A stretch of 64,000 nucleotides of DNA, taken from Eledone cirrhosa (Eukaryota). Under the pieces are notes generated by a model that was not told the origin of the DNA, searched no databases, and worked only from the letters and a program-made list of their open reading frames with translations. The stretch covers positions 325,686,001-325,750,000 of the forward strand of contig OZ024740.1 of the NCBI GenBank assembly GCA_964016885.1, in the 5' to 3' direction. Position 1 is the stretch's first letter, and every line of letters starts with the position of its first letter. The translations under genes were made by a program, and so were the position numbers. Shown here piece after piece: positions 25,771 through 37,438 of the stretch.

Positions 25771-27600
25771 TCATCATCATCATCATCATCGTTTAACATC
25801 CATTTACCACGCTAGCATGGGTTAGGCGGGAGTTGTCTCAATTTGAGGCAAGGTTGGTCAGGTGACTATGTCTCACTCATATAAAACTATCTGGCAGGTT
25901 TTCTACGGCTGGATGCCCTTCCTAACACCAACCACATTTACAGTGTGGACTGGGAACTTTTTACTGTGTTACCTGCACGGCCACATTACAGCATGGACTG
26001 TGTGTTTTTTTTTGTTGTGACACCTACATGATCTCGATCTCATTATCTCATTTATTTGGACTGGATGTTGTGATACCAACTTTACAGAGAGAGGGTGGTG
26101 TTGGTGGGAGTGGGAGGATGAAGTGGGGGTAGTGGATTGGGGTGTATATTTGGTTAAGAGGTGCCTACTGACTGTAGGTTTCACTTTGTACAAGGCGGGT
26201 CTTCTGTATTACTGTGTGGCGCCAAAGATCTCGGTCCAGTGACATTGTCTTAGAGAAGTGCAAGTGTGTAAGATCGGAATTTATCAAATCGTCCCAGGTT
26301 TTTCTGGGTCTACCTACTCCGTAACTTCCATCAATTTTGATCACCCTGCACTTTTTTATACAGCTGTCGTCTTTCATGGGCATCACGTGACCATACCAAC
26401 GTAGTCTTCTCTCAAGTAAACAGCATCTGATCCCGCTTATTCCTAATTTCTCACTTAGTTCATTTATGCTTTGCCGTTCACGTATATTACTATTACACAT
26501 CCAACGGAGCATGTATGTTTTGTTTCTTTCCAGTCTGCGCAGGTCCTCTGCACACAATGCTCATGTCTCACTGCCATGTAGCATTGCTGTTCGTATACAG
26601 GCATCATACAATCTGCCTTTCATTTTTAGAGAGAACCCTTTAGCTGCTAATAGTGGTATAAGCTCTCTGAACTTTTTCCATCCCGTTCTGACTCTGGCTA
26701 CTGTACTTTCAGAACACCCTCCACCACTGTTGATTTTGTCACCCAAGTAACGGAAAGTGTCCACTATTTCTATAGAACTATCTGGGCAATAGAAGGAGCT
26801 AGTAGCCTGTGGGCATTTGCTACTTATTGCACCTGAGCACCGGCCACATATAAAATCTACGTTCTTAGATAGTTTACCTGTGATCCCACTACATCTTTTA
26901 TGTACCCATACTCTGCATTTGGGACATAAAATGGAATTTCTACCTACTCCGTTCCTACACACTGAGCATGGCCATTTCCCAGAGGGCATCTGTACCCTAT
27001 TTTCCTTTCTACAAACTAGAACTTTAGTCTTAGACAAGTTAACTTTAAGGCCTTTTGATTCTAGGCCATGCTTCCATGTTTGGAATTTCTTCTCTAGTTC
27101 AGCCATATATTCAGCTATGAGAGTTAGATCATCTGCGTATAGGAGTTCCCATGGGCAGCCGGTCTTAAACTCCTCTGTTATAGCCTGAAGGGCAATAATA
27201 AATAGGAGGGAGCTAAGGACAGAGCCTTGATGAACACCAACTTTTACACTAAATTCTTCACTATATTCATTGTTAATTCTAACCTTACTGACTGTTTCTT
27301 TATACATGGCTTGTATAGTTCTCACAAACCATTCATCTACACCTAGTTTTCTAAGAGCCCACCAGATAATAGAGCAGGGGACTCTGTCAAAGGCTTTCTC
27401 TGGGTCTACAAAAGCTAAGTAGAGGCGTTTACTTTTAGCTAGGTACTTCTCCTGTAGTTGTCGTACAAGGAAAAGAACGTCTGTGGTACTTTTACCTGAC
27501 ACAAACCGAAACTGCATTTCATCTAGATCAATTCGCTCTCTGATTAGTTGCGCTATAACTCTTTCTGTGACCTTCATGACCTGGTCAACTAACTTGTAGT
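25771..27600 (-). mobile_element. Longest young RTE LINE copy (RT domain, PHD-type finger, C-terminus, tail); 5' truncated
   Basis: ORF 26561-27679: AFVDPEKAFDRV, GVHQGSVLSSLLF, LLYADD, C4HC3 finger; a single W->stop at 26561-26563 separates it from ORF 26165-26557; (CAT)n at 25771-25790. Confidence 0.93.
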
Positions 27601-28791
27601 GTGTAATTGAGGGACCCTCTATCCCCTGAGATAATTCAATAAATGTCATGGCATGCCTCAAACATTTTTTTATAGTCAAACACCAACATTCCTTGTTATC
27701 TATCAGAGAAGAACGGTACGTGGCCTCTGTAGTCGGTGGTACAAACCGCTGACAACAGAGGCCACATTCCTTGTTATGTATAATAGCAGGTCTGTCAACT
27801 CTTAGAGTTCAACGGAGAGATCTCACACCCACATTGGGGTGGGTGAGAGATGTCTTCTCTTGTGAAAATGGGTCTAGCTTTCATTATGTAAATCTCCCCA
27901 TTTCGCCTCATTTCTCCCCGTTTGGGGGCTCTTTTTTCATGGTACTCCCCGTTTGGGCTTTTAGAGGTTAGCAGGTGTGTAATTGAGTGTACATGTCTTC
28001 TTTCTTCCCCCCACCTTGATTAATTTTTTTAATTAATTTGTTGTTTTTGTAAATCATTAGTATTATATAATTTAATTGGAATAATGAAAAAGTTACAATA
28101 AGATTTTGTTCATATTTGATTTTATAAAATGTGATAATTTCTTGATAAAAGTTGGGAGACGACGTTTGAGATAGATGGCGCGTTGTTTTAATCTTGTAAT
28201 CAGCAGCAACCACCGACTCGCCTGCTATTTAGAAGTTTTACCTGTACAAATATCTCTACTTCCTGAGGATAGCGCTACAGGTAAGAACACTTCAACGATA
28301 TTCATAAATGACCTAAATAATTTAATTTTACCAATAACAAAAAATTATAAGTTTTATAATAAGGAAACCTATCTCACATATCTAGCTCCCCTGAAAACTA
28401 TCTGAAATTTCCTTAAAGCAAGTTATATAAATGTCACCATATTTATTTATATAGAGGCATATATATTTATGTATTTGTTTTTTTCCAATAGCTAACGCCT
28501 AGGGTAAAACTGTGACCTGATAGCTTTATAATATGGCGTCGTTAGGCATCAATCGTTTATATTATTTGAAGAACTATTTTTTTTACTGGTGATCTTGTTT
28601 TTAGTTTTGTGCATTATATTATTTCCTAAATTAAACTTTGAAATGAATCTACAGAGAGAGAGAGACAGGGAGACTCTGTCTCCCCCGCCCTCTCTCTCTG
28701 GACGTTGTTAATGGGAACTTAATTAAGTTTAATGTTTAATTAGTAAACTATTTAACAACGTTAATTAAAATTTAAACCTAGAAACAAGCGC

Positions 28792-28792
<1 letters not shown>

Positions 28793-28841
<49 letters not shown>
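28793..28841. repeat. (TA)n microsatellite
   Basis: Direct sequence. Confidence 0.95.
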
Positions 28842-28845
<4 letters not shown>

Positions 28846-28924
28846 CACTAGAGAGGAAAATACACAAGAGACTGTGTTTTCAATTACAGGGGGTCTCGGA
28901 CCACTATCGTGTATATATATATAT

Positions 28925-29322
28925 AAAGTAAACTTACTAGTGTAAAAATTAATTACTTTACTAAACACCTCAACATTTCCTAATCAATTGAAAGTTATAT
29001 ACTGTGTCTTTCATTCAAAATAGGGTAACGAAAAAGATTAAATAGTAAACCTATTTGAAACTTGCATTAGTCATTTATGTGTATGTGACCAAATAAAACT
29101 AAAAACGAAATAATTGGACATATATATGTCCAATTATTTCGTTTTTAGTTTTATTTGGTCACATACACATAAATGACTAATGCAAGTTTCAAATAGGTTT
29201 ACTATTTCATCTTTTTCGTTACCCTATTTTGAATGAAAGACACAGTATATAACTTTCAATTGATTAGGAAATTTTGAGGTGTTTAGTAAAGTAATTAATT
29301 TTTACCCTAGTAAGTTTACTTT
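28925..29322. repeat. ~199-bp-arm near-perfect palindrome centred on TATATA
   Basis: Centre between 29123 and 29124; about 3 mismatches found by eye between arms. Confidence 0.95.
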
Positions 29323-29884
29323 TTGTACTTAACAAAGGTTCTTAGATAAAACCATGTCGGTTTTTAGATAAATATAATCACTTACAAACAAACAGTTTTG
29401 TATCATAGAACCAGGTAAGGTTTCGATGGTTTGATTTCAAAAGGGAAATATCATCTCCTCAAAGTCTATGCCCTTATTATGTTAAAAAGTAAGACGCACC
29501 TGTTGCTGTATTAAAGGTCTTTCCAGTCGTACGTATTCTATTTAGAACCTTATCAAGCGTCAAACTCCCTCTTACCTACAACTTTTTAAAAATTGTTTTT
29601 ACTCCATTTTATCGATTTATTGCAATATACAACGTTAAAGCTGACGGATAATGTTTTTTTTATAATAATTTTTCTGTTTACATATTTAATTTTATGAACA
29701 TCTTGAACATATAAACACCTTTTTTTTTTTATGTACAATTTTTATTTACAGTTCTATAAATAACATTACAAATTGTTCACAATTCTTTCAGAATGGAAAT
29801 ATAGACATATATATAATAAATATGATTTACAAAAGAAACAATATCATAAATGTTAGATAATGAGCGTCTAATACACACACAGTC

Positions 29885-30032
29885 TTATTATGGCTAAGTG
29901 ACGAGTTTTATTACTCTGAAGTTTCACCTGTGTACTCACAGGATCATCAAACATGACTCTTCTCGTCTGATAATCCTGTGAGTACACAGGTGAAACCCCA
30001 GATTAACAAGTTTCATCACTTAGCCATAATAA
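29885..30032. ncRNA. Foldback element with a hammerhead ribozyme fold on each arm (both degenerate)
   Basis: Plus arm: CTGATAA(29967)-TCCTGTGagtaCACAGGT-GAAAC(29992). Minus arm: TTGATGA-same stem II-GAAACTTCAGAGTA. Arm consensus CTTGT CTGATGA stemII GAAACTC CA GAGTA ACAAG is a full type I hammerhead. Confidence 0.65.
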
Positions 30033-30415
30033 AGAATATCATTAAACTCTACTTAGGTATTGAAAACACATTCTCAGGCCCGTCAACATCGCACGCACGC
30101 CGACAATGGAACCTTAATCAAGCCATTATCCTAACGTGTTCGTACCATGTTTATACGCAACGAATCCGGTTAATTGGACGATATATTTTTGTTAAATTAA
30201 AAATGTTTTTATCGATGATAATACGTACACACAACAGGTTTGTTTAAAATACTATGGTATTTTAAACATTCATACATTAACTGAATGAGTACTCAATACT
30301 TGTAGTTAGGATGTAAATTATATTTTCTAATATAATTGATAGTGACTTCGAAGCTTGACTGCTTCATCCAGCTGCCAAATAAAGCGACTATGTTGAACCT
30401 TTGAAATATATATAT

Positions 30416-30596
30416 AATAATTGTTTCTACTTTAGGCACAAGGCCAGCAAATACCCAGTGCATTACTGGTACTTTATTTTATCGACCCCGTAAGGATGAA
30501 AGGCAAAGTCAACCTCGGCGGGATTTGAACTCTGATCGTAAAGGGGCGTAACTATGCTGGAAAGCATGGCGTCCGACCCTCTACCGATACTGCCAA
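30416..30596 (-). mobile_element. Deu/Nin-type tRNA SINE
   Basis: Near-identical to 24697-24879. Confidence 0.85.
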
Positions 30597-30859
30597 AATA
30601 ATAACGTGTTCTATTGACGGTAAATCCGTAGAGCAAATATTTATTACTGGAACTGATTAAATTTTAAGCCAAGAATTTCTGCTGTCACTTTATTACGGGA
30701 TCCTATACATATAGCAAAGGTAAAACTACATATACAAAGCTCAAAGGAAATTAGAGAATTTTATATGATAGTATATAATTTTCAGAATTAGCTCAATATT
30801 ATATAGGTTTGAAGAGAAAGATTTGGAGATGTAGACATAAAAACAGAACAAATATAAAC

Positions 30860-31930
30860 AAGTGATAGATGGAAAAAATTAGCTTTTAAATCATATTTAT
30901 TTCTTTATACGTGTTTCAAGGGAGGTGTGCATCCAATTATTCAAAATGTTATGAAAATTTGCATAATCTATATATAGTGCATCCCCTCTCTTCAGAGGAA
31001 CAATAATATGCTTTAAAAAGAGTCTTCTTGTCAAATGACATATGCACAGTAGCTAGAGAGGCAGGTTAAGACCGACGAGCCAGACCAAGGCGTCATTTAC
31101 AGCATTATGGATTATCTCCTGGCCATTGGAAAAACGCCTGAGGGGACAATCCTGAACAACAATGCAGTACTGTCTAGTCAGGGTCTCCAGTCACATGCTA
31201 GGCTGTCTTTCATTTTTCATCAATGGAGATCTTGGGTTGTCTTGGCATATGTTGTGTGGATCTGATTAAGGAACACCCATTGCTTTCTGGTAAGGTCAAA
31301 GCCGGCTGGTTTAGATGTGGGGTCCAGGATGATGTCTTGGTTGGCAAATTTGGACTCACTCCATGATCTTAGCCACTCTTTCTTCAGATCAGAGTTATTC
31401 TCCTGAAAGGTCTTCATTGATTCTCAGAATGGTTTGCATGATTTCAAGCACATGTTGGGAAGGTTTGCCAAATCTTCATGGATGGGGCGGTTGGGCTTGG
31501 ACTTGGTAAGAAGTGCTGTTTCACAGATTATCTTCTGGCGCCGTATGTAAAGAGCTATATGAGAAAAGAGAAAGGATAGGCAGCTACTGAGTAGGTGTAG
31601 ATTTCAGTGTGCCTCTCTTCAGAGGAACAACAAAATGTTTTAAAAAGAGTGAGAATGTGTATGAAATACAACCTGTACCTTAGGCAGGATCATATCGTAT
31701 GAATCATATTGTAGCTTCATCTCTCCTTCCCAAGGTACAGGTTGTATTTCCCACACGTTCTCACTCATTTTGAAGAGAGGGAACAAACAACTATACCTAT
31801 ATATAAATGCCTGTATATTGATTATGCCAATTGTTTCATAACAATTCAAATAATTGGATCTACAACTCCCTTGAAACATGTGTAAGGAAATGAATATGAT
31901 TTAAAAGATAATTTTTCCCTCTATACACTT
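30860..31930. mobile_element. Penelope-like palindromic element with hammerhead folds in both arms, interrupted by a LINE fragment
   Basis: 30860-30995 is inverted relative to 31770-31930; inner hairpin 31647-31767. Minus: TTCCT CTGAAGA(30995-30989) GAGGG..CCCTT GAAAC ACGT ATA AAGAA. Plus: TTGAAGA(31770) GAGGGA..TCCCTT GAAAC ATGT GTA AGGAA. Confidence 0.65.
31024..31611 (-). mobile_element. Vingi/Ingi-like LINE 3' fragment flanked by a ~39-bp imperfect duplication
   Basis: DPTSKPAGFDLTRKQWVFLNQI...CPLRRF C-terminal motifs; cctctcttcagaggaacaa..tttaaaaagagt at ~30985-31023 and ~31612-31650. Confidence 0.65.
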
Positions 31931-32422
31931 ACACCCAGTAGGCACCTCTTAATTCACCATGCCCCCTTCCATACACACCCCTACATCACCATCCCACTTC
32001 TGCCCACACCACCCTTACAATGTCAAGTTATGTTGATATCACAAAAACATCCAGTCTACACTGTAAAGGGGTCATGTAGGTGTCACGACAAAAGCATCCA
32101 GCCCACACTGTAAAGTGGTCATGTAGATGTTATGGCAAAAAGCACTCAGCCTACACTGTAAAGTGTTTGTGTAGGAGACAACAAAAAGCACCCAGCACAC
32201 AGTAAATGTGGTTGGCATTAGGAAGGACATCCAACTGTAGAAATCTACCTAGAAACAGTTCTATATGAGCAAGAGACTGTCATCTGACCCAATTTGCATC
32301 TAATGGGACAAACCAGTCTAACCTATGCTAGCGTGGAGAATAGATGTTAAACAATGATGATATATATATATATATATAAGCAGGATGTTTATTATACATA
32401 AACACATCGTATATGCTTATAT

Positions 32423-32640
32423 ATAGGTTTGTTCCAAAAGTAAGGATACTGTTTTATCTCTATGTATATTTCATGTTACATGAAGGTACATGTTATCTCC
32501 TTCAAAATACGATCCTTGTGAAGTCGCACAGTGATCCCAACGTTTTTTCCATTGATCATAGCAGTACTGGAAGTCGTTTTCTGTGAGTGTCCTGAGCTTG
32601 TCGGTGACAATTTTTTCTATGTTTTCCACTGTCCCCAAAT
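32423..32640 (-). mobile_element. mariner transposon 3' end fragment
   Basis: Minus: VTDKLRTLTENDFQYCYDQWKKRWDHCATSQGSYFEG (mariner C-terminus), ending in a TIR-like sequence next to TA. Confidence 0.75.
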
Positions 32641-33474
32641 AATGACAGTCCCCGCCTGCCAGTATAATACTGATTTCACTGCTTTAATCCTCGCTCACTT
32701 ACCCACACCTTTCCTCATCCATCCTGTGCAAAGTCAGGGTGACTCACCTTCCCTACCTCTTCACTTCAATTCAGCTTCCCTGGCCAACTCTCGTACCCCT
32801 TCCAAACTTACATCCCTGACTCACCTTCCACATTCAACTTATGCCAGCATAAAAAGCAGGGCACATACCACCACTCACTTGCTTCAAGGCTAATTCCATG
32901 ACTTGACCATTCTTTACCTACTTAGACATGTTCCCCTTCCTCATACCACAGTGGTATGTATGCCTCCACCACCAAGCAGCACACAGCCAGTCCTTCTTAT
33001 GTTCTTATTCCTCATTCCCATCAATACCTCCCCAGCCGAGCTAAAGACGAAACAAGCACCCTAGAGTCATAAAGAGGTAGTGTTGGTGTCACAAAAAAAG
33101 CTCCCTGTTCACTCTGTAAAGTGCCACAAAAAAGCACTCTCCCACTCTGTAAAGTCGTGCTGGTGCCTAAAAAAAACGCTGTCCACTCTGTAAAGTGGTA
33201 GCGTTGGTGCCACAAAAAGCACCCTGTCCACCCTGTAAAATGGTAGTGTTGGTGACAATGAAATGTTCCCAGTACATGTAAAGTGGATGACATTAGAAAG
33301 GGCATCCAGCCATAGAAACCTAGCCCAAAACTAAGCTTATAAACAAGACATGCTCACCTGACCAGTCAAGGTTTAGTATGTGACAATCTATCTAACTTAT
33401 GCGAGTATGGTGGTGATGATGATGTCAAGAAAGAATACAACTAATACTTTAAGCACGCTTCCAAAGAAGGTTCT

Positions 33475-36400
33475 TTTTTTTTTTAACTTCAATTACTTTA
33501 TTGTGTTGTATCAGATGAAAGAATGGTATTTAACTAATGTATTGGTACGCGATGGGGCCCACCCACAGACCCGGCAGTCAGAATGGAGAAAGCGTTTCCC
33601 TGGAGGACGGCAAGGGAGACGCACTGGAAAAGACACTCCAACTCGCGGGGCTCACACCTGCGGCTGGCCAGCTCAGCGCCTATGGTGGTGAGTAAGGAGG
33701 TAGCACTAGGACTGAGGACACCCGACGTCTCCACTGCCAGGGGAACGACCGCAAACCTGTCGGAGAGCGACCGGTATTTGAGGAGTTTGGCCCCCTCAGC
33801 CCGACGTGCAGCAGAACCTGGGTCAGTCGCAGACTGCACCAGGTTGCGGCTGCAGAAAGTGTCGGTGCAAGTACATCTCAGATGAGGGGTTTGCCGCCGC
33901 AGAACGGGAGGATGGTCATGCCATCTGGCCTTTTGCCGTCCCCTCGATCTAGCCCCACCGGCTCGAGCTGGGAAGGGAAGCCTGCAGCGTCCAAGCCATG
34001 CTTAATGACCTCGTTGAGGGCAACATGGCGTGGAATGCGGCCGGCACTGTGGTGTCAGGAAAGCAAGTGGAGGCCGAAAGAGTCCACGGTGGAATCGTAG
34101 TGACATTGGTGTGGCTGGCAGATCCGGAGGCCGAGCCTCAAGGAAACGCCGATTCGCAGGCTTTGGTTGTCTATCTGCGTGCCAGTGGAGAAGGAGGGCA
34201 GGGCATGGAGCCAGGCATCACTGTGGGGTTTGGAGGCCGCACAAAAACAAGCAAGGCGGTGCTGGTCGAGCTGGCGCGTGAGCCTGTCTGAGGCCAGGCT
34301 GCACTGGATGGCATCCCCTGTGCGTTGGGGTGACTTGACGTCAAGAGGGAGAAGGAGGAGGGACGTCTACTGGGCTAAGTCCCAGCCGGTCCCACGTCTC
34401 ACAGGCGGCCTCACATTCTCTGAACACAGAGGGTTCTGTTGTGTTTTGAAGAACCCTGCTGACGAGGATGCGGCACGAGGTTACCAACGAAAGATACGCC
34501 GGCAAAGCTAGTGAGATCAGGGACTGGAAGCCAAGGCCACCATACCTGACCGGTAAAGTGGCCTGTTGCCACTCTATGTCGTCAAACTTGACGTTGCATA
34601 TCCCCTCGGCTGCTGCTCGGATACAAGTATCGAGGTCAGCGAGGAGAGATGTCTGGGTGTAGCATGGAGCGCTGCGGAGTGTATAGAGGAGCTTCGGCAT
34701 GGCGAAGCAGTTCCTCAGCAGAAAGAGAGCTGGGTGGCCGTCAATCAAGCCCAGTCGGCTCGTGAGAGTCTGGAGCTGTTGAAGCCTGAACCTGATGGTG
34801 GAGTGGATGGCCGGCGGGTGGATCGGTGACCCGAGGATGAGGACATCCTCTTTGGGGGTCACCTGAACCTGGTGGTTCCAAGACGGAAGCTGCAAAGCTC
34901 GCAGCATCGAGGTTGACCTGGAGGCTGATTCCGACTAGGGCAGGAATCACCGATTGAAGGTCTTGGCAGACCATCCGTACGGGCCCGCCCAACGTAGCAT
35001 CATCCAGATACCAAACATTGAGAGGGGCCGTCATACTCCGGGCAATGTGGTCAATACCAAGGGCGAACAGGAGGGGGTCCCAAAGGGTTGCCCTATTGGA
35101 CTTCAGTAGCCGAGGGTATGATCGTATCAGCAGCTAGGAGCATGCTCGGGGCTCCATATGATAAGTAGGCCAGCGGGTAGGCAGAGGGGGCTCGGCTGAG
35201 GCAGGTCTCGAGCAGATGATCCTGGCGTAAAGAGTTAAAGGCATTCCTCATGTCAAGCTTGACAATGAGGTGCCTGGAGTCCCTGGATGCCGGTACCGAT
35301 GGGCAGCTGCTGAAGAACTGCCTGATTGCATGAGTGGCTCCCTCACAGTCACCGGACACGCTGACACCCAGTTGCACCGGACTAAACTCCTCACCCAGTT
35401 TGTGTGTGACGGACTTGCAGATCACCTTGGCAGCCAGCCTCCGGAAGACATTGCCCACAGCAATGGGGCGTATGCCACCCTCTTTCTTCCTGAGAGCGAT
35501 GAGGCTGGCCGTAAAAAAGAGGCCTCGGCCGTAAGGGTCAAGGGCACCATGAATGAGCCTATTGGTGAGCACCACAATTGCACTCAGAAGGCGATGCCCG
35601 GCCTCAGCGGAGAGGGGGGATGTCAACTCCTTGAGGTGGCCTGGTTGGAGACCATCAACACCTCCGCAGCTGCTAGCTGGGAAACACCTGATGGCGGACA
35701 TGATATCTGCATCAGTAGCCACAAGGAGCAGGTGGGGGTATGGGTCTGAGATCAGTGGGTGGCTCAGGGTGTTTGAGCCACAGATCAGCCAGGACCTCCT
35801 CTAGTGGGTTGGAGGACAGTGTCCTCTGAGGCAACAACTCTGACTGCGGCCGAGACATCACCCATGATAAGCTTTGCGTTTACCTGGTCACGCAAAAGCT
35901 TGGCGTTGGCCTCGGAGGTGGAGGATAGGGGGGTACCTGAGGGTGGTGTGTGTGGTGTCCCTGGGCACGCTTGGAATGGGCGCTCGCCCAAATGACGAGA
36001 CATTGGCCTTGACGAAGGCTGCTGTTGACCGGCCGCCTCGGTCAGCGCCAGAGCTGGGGAGGCCGAGGGCGAGTGGGGTGAAATAGAACAGCCGCTCCCA
36101 GTCACTGGCTTGATTGGAGTCCAGGGCGCTCTCAATCGAGGAAGCGAGGGCATCGGCTACCGGCACCCATGCCGCTCTCGGGATCCTGAGTGGGATCTTC
36201 CGGAGCCACCTGAGCCGAGCGATGTTGACCAGCGAGGCTCGGGCGTCAAGCAAGCTCGCTGTCCCATCTGGTGGTGTGCCAGACGGCCGTGGCTGGGAAG
36301 ACGTGGGGAAGAGGCAGCTCCTGCACCTCCACGCTGCGAGGGCATTGGAAGCTCGACGAGTCAAGCCAATGCAGGTGAGGTGGTGGAAGCAGCTGCACCC

Positions 36401-36900
36401 CAAACAGTTCTGGCCCCTTTTCTGTTTGTTAGTGGTGCCGCAAGTGCTGCAGGTGTCGATTTGGAGGGATGAGGCGTGGGGCCGGGGACTGGGGCTCCGA
36501 GCGACATCAGGAGTGGGTGGCTGGCGTGTGTGGGTGGAAGGGAAAGTGCTGGTAAGAGGGCAGCATAGCTCACCTATATATATGGAGGTGCCAGAAAACG
36601 AGAGCGAAAAGGGGCTGCATGGAGGCGGAGACACAGGAAGGTAGAATGGCAGTAAATGAATGAGTGAATGGATGTACACAAAAAAAGGGAGGGAGGGGAG
36701 AAAATAAGGGGTTGTTCCCAGCGGAAAGACCCAGAGTTCAGCACGCACACATGCGAGCAACTGAGCAGTTTGTCATAGGACCTAGTGGCTGGTGGTGAGT
36801 CACTGATGGTGTGGTTGGCTTCCTCTTGTTAATGGTAGAGTTGTTGTTGTTAATGACACTGTTGTCATCGTTGCCTTCCTCTTGTTAATGGTGAAGATAT
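33475..36900 (-). mobile_element. Near-full-length CRE-like (R2 group, RLE-type) non-LTR retrotransposon: PHD finger - RT - Zn knuckle - restriction-like endonuclease; disrupted
   Basis: CSTC..CLGC..HLTC..WRCRSC; IRPIAVGNVFRRLAAK, QLGV, KLDMRNAFNSL, WYLDDATLGG; LRLG..CQPHQC..H..RH; [19 protein letters not shown]; AATAAA plus poly(A) at ~33475-33502; visibly GC-rich; stops and frameshifts; 5' end approximate. Confidence 0.85.
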
Positions 36901-37251
36901 AGAGCGAAATACAAAATCCACCAGCAGACAATTATATAAAAAAAGTATCTAGAAATAAAAGTCAACATTTCTGTCTGGGATATAAAGATTTGTTTTACAT
37001 TTTCGCAAACAACGTAATGATATTCTCAATGGACGCGCTTACAATATTTGAATATAACTGAACTGTCGAGTCATCTAATTTGAAAAGTGGAGCAAAATAA
37101 AAGAAGAATAGTGAATTTGGAGTGTCAATCCCTTGTGTTTTTTTTTTTTTTTTTTTTTTTCTTCAAAAGGATGGAGGCATTTTATCTCCTCATGAAACTG
37201 ACATTACTTAATGATGTTCGTCATCTATGGCTTATTCATATGTATTATTTC

Positions 37252-37438
37252 GGTGAATTGGCAGTATCGGTAGAGGGTTGGACGCCATGCTTTTTAGCAT
37301 AGTTACGTCCCTTTACAGTCTGAGTTCAAATCCCGCCGAGGTTAAATTTGCCTTTCATCCTTACAGGGTCGATAAAATAAAGTACCAGTAATGTACTGGG
37401 TAATTGCTGGCCTTGTGCCTAAAGTAGAAACGATTATT
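37252..37438 (+). mobile_element. Deu/Nin-type tRNA SINE
   Basis: Same family as 24697; A/B-box head and conserved core. Confidence 0.85.

Noticed and set aside
32020-32230. Regularly spaced cacactgtaaagtgg repeats (also 33060-33300, 38660-38830, 59230-59440)
   Set aside because: Internal tandem units of the RTE/SINE tail module; the 'spacers' are homologous to each other.
33583-36644. Many plus-strand ORFs of 60-176 aa
   Set aside because: Antisense shadows of the GC-rich minus-strand CRE element.
36818-36893. Direct repeat cttcctcttgttaatggt at the CRE 5' end as a spliced-leader target or TSD
   Set aside because: No recognisable SL sequence and no copy at the 3' end of the element.
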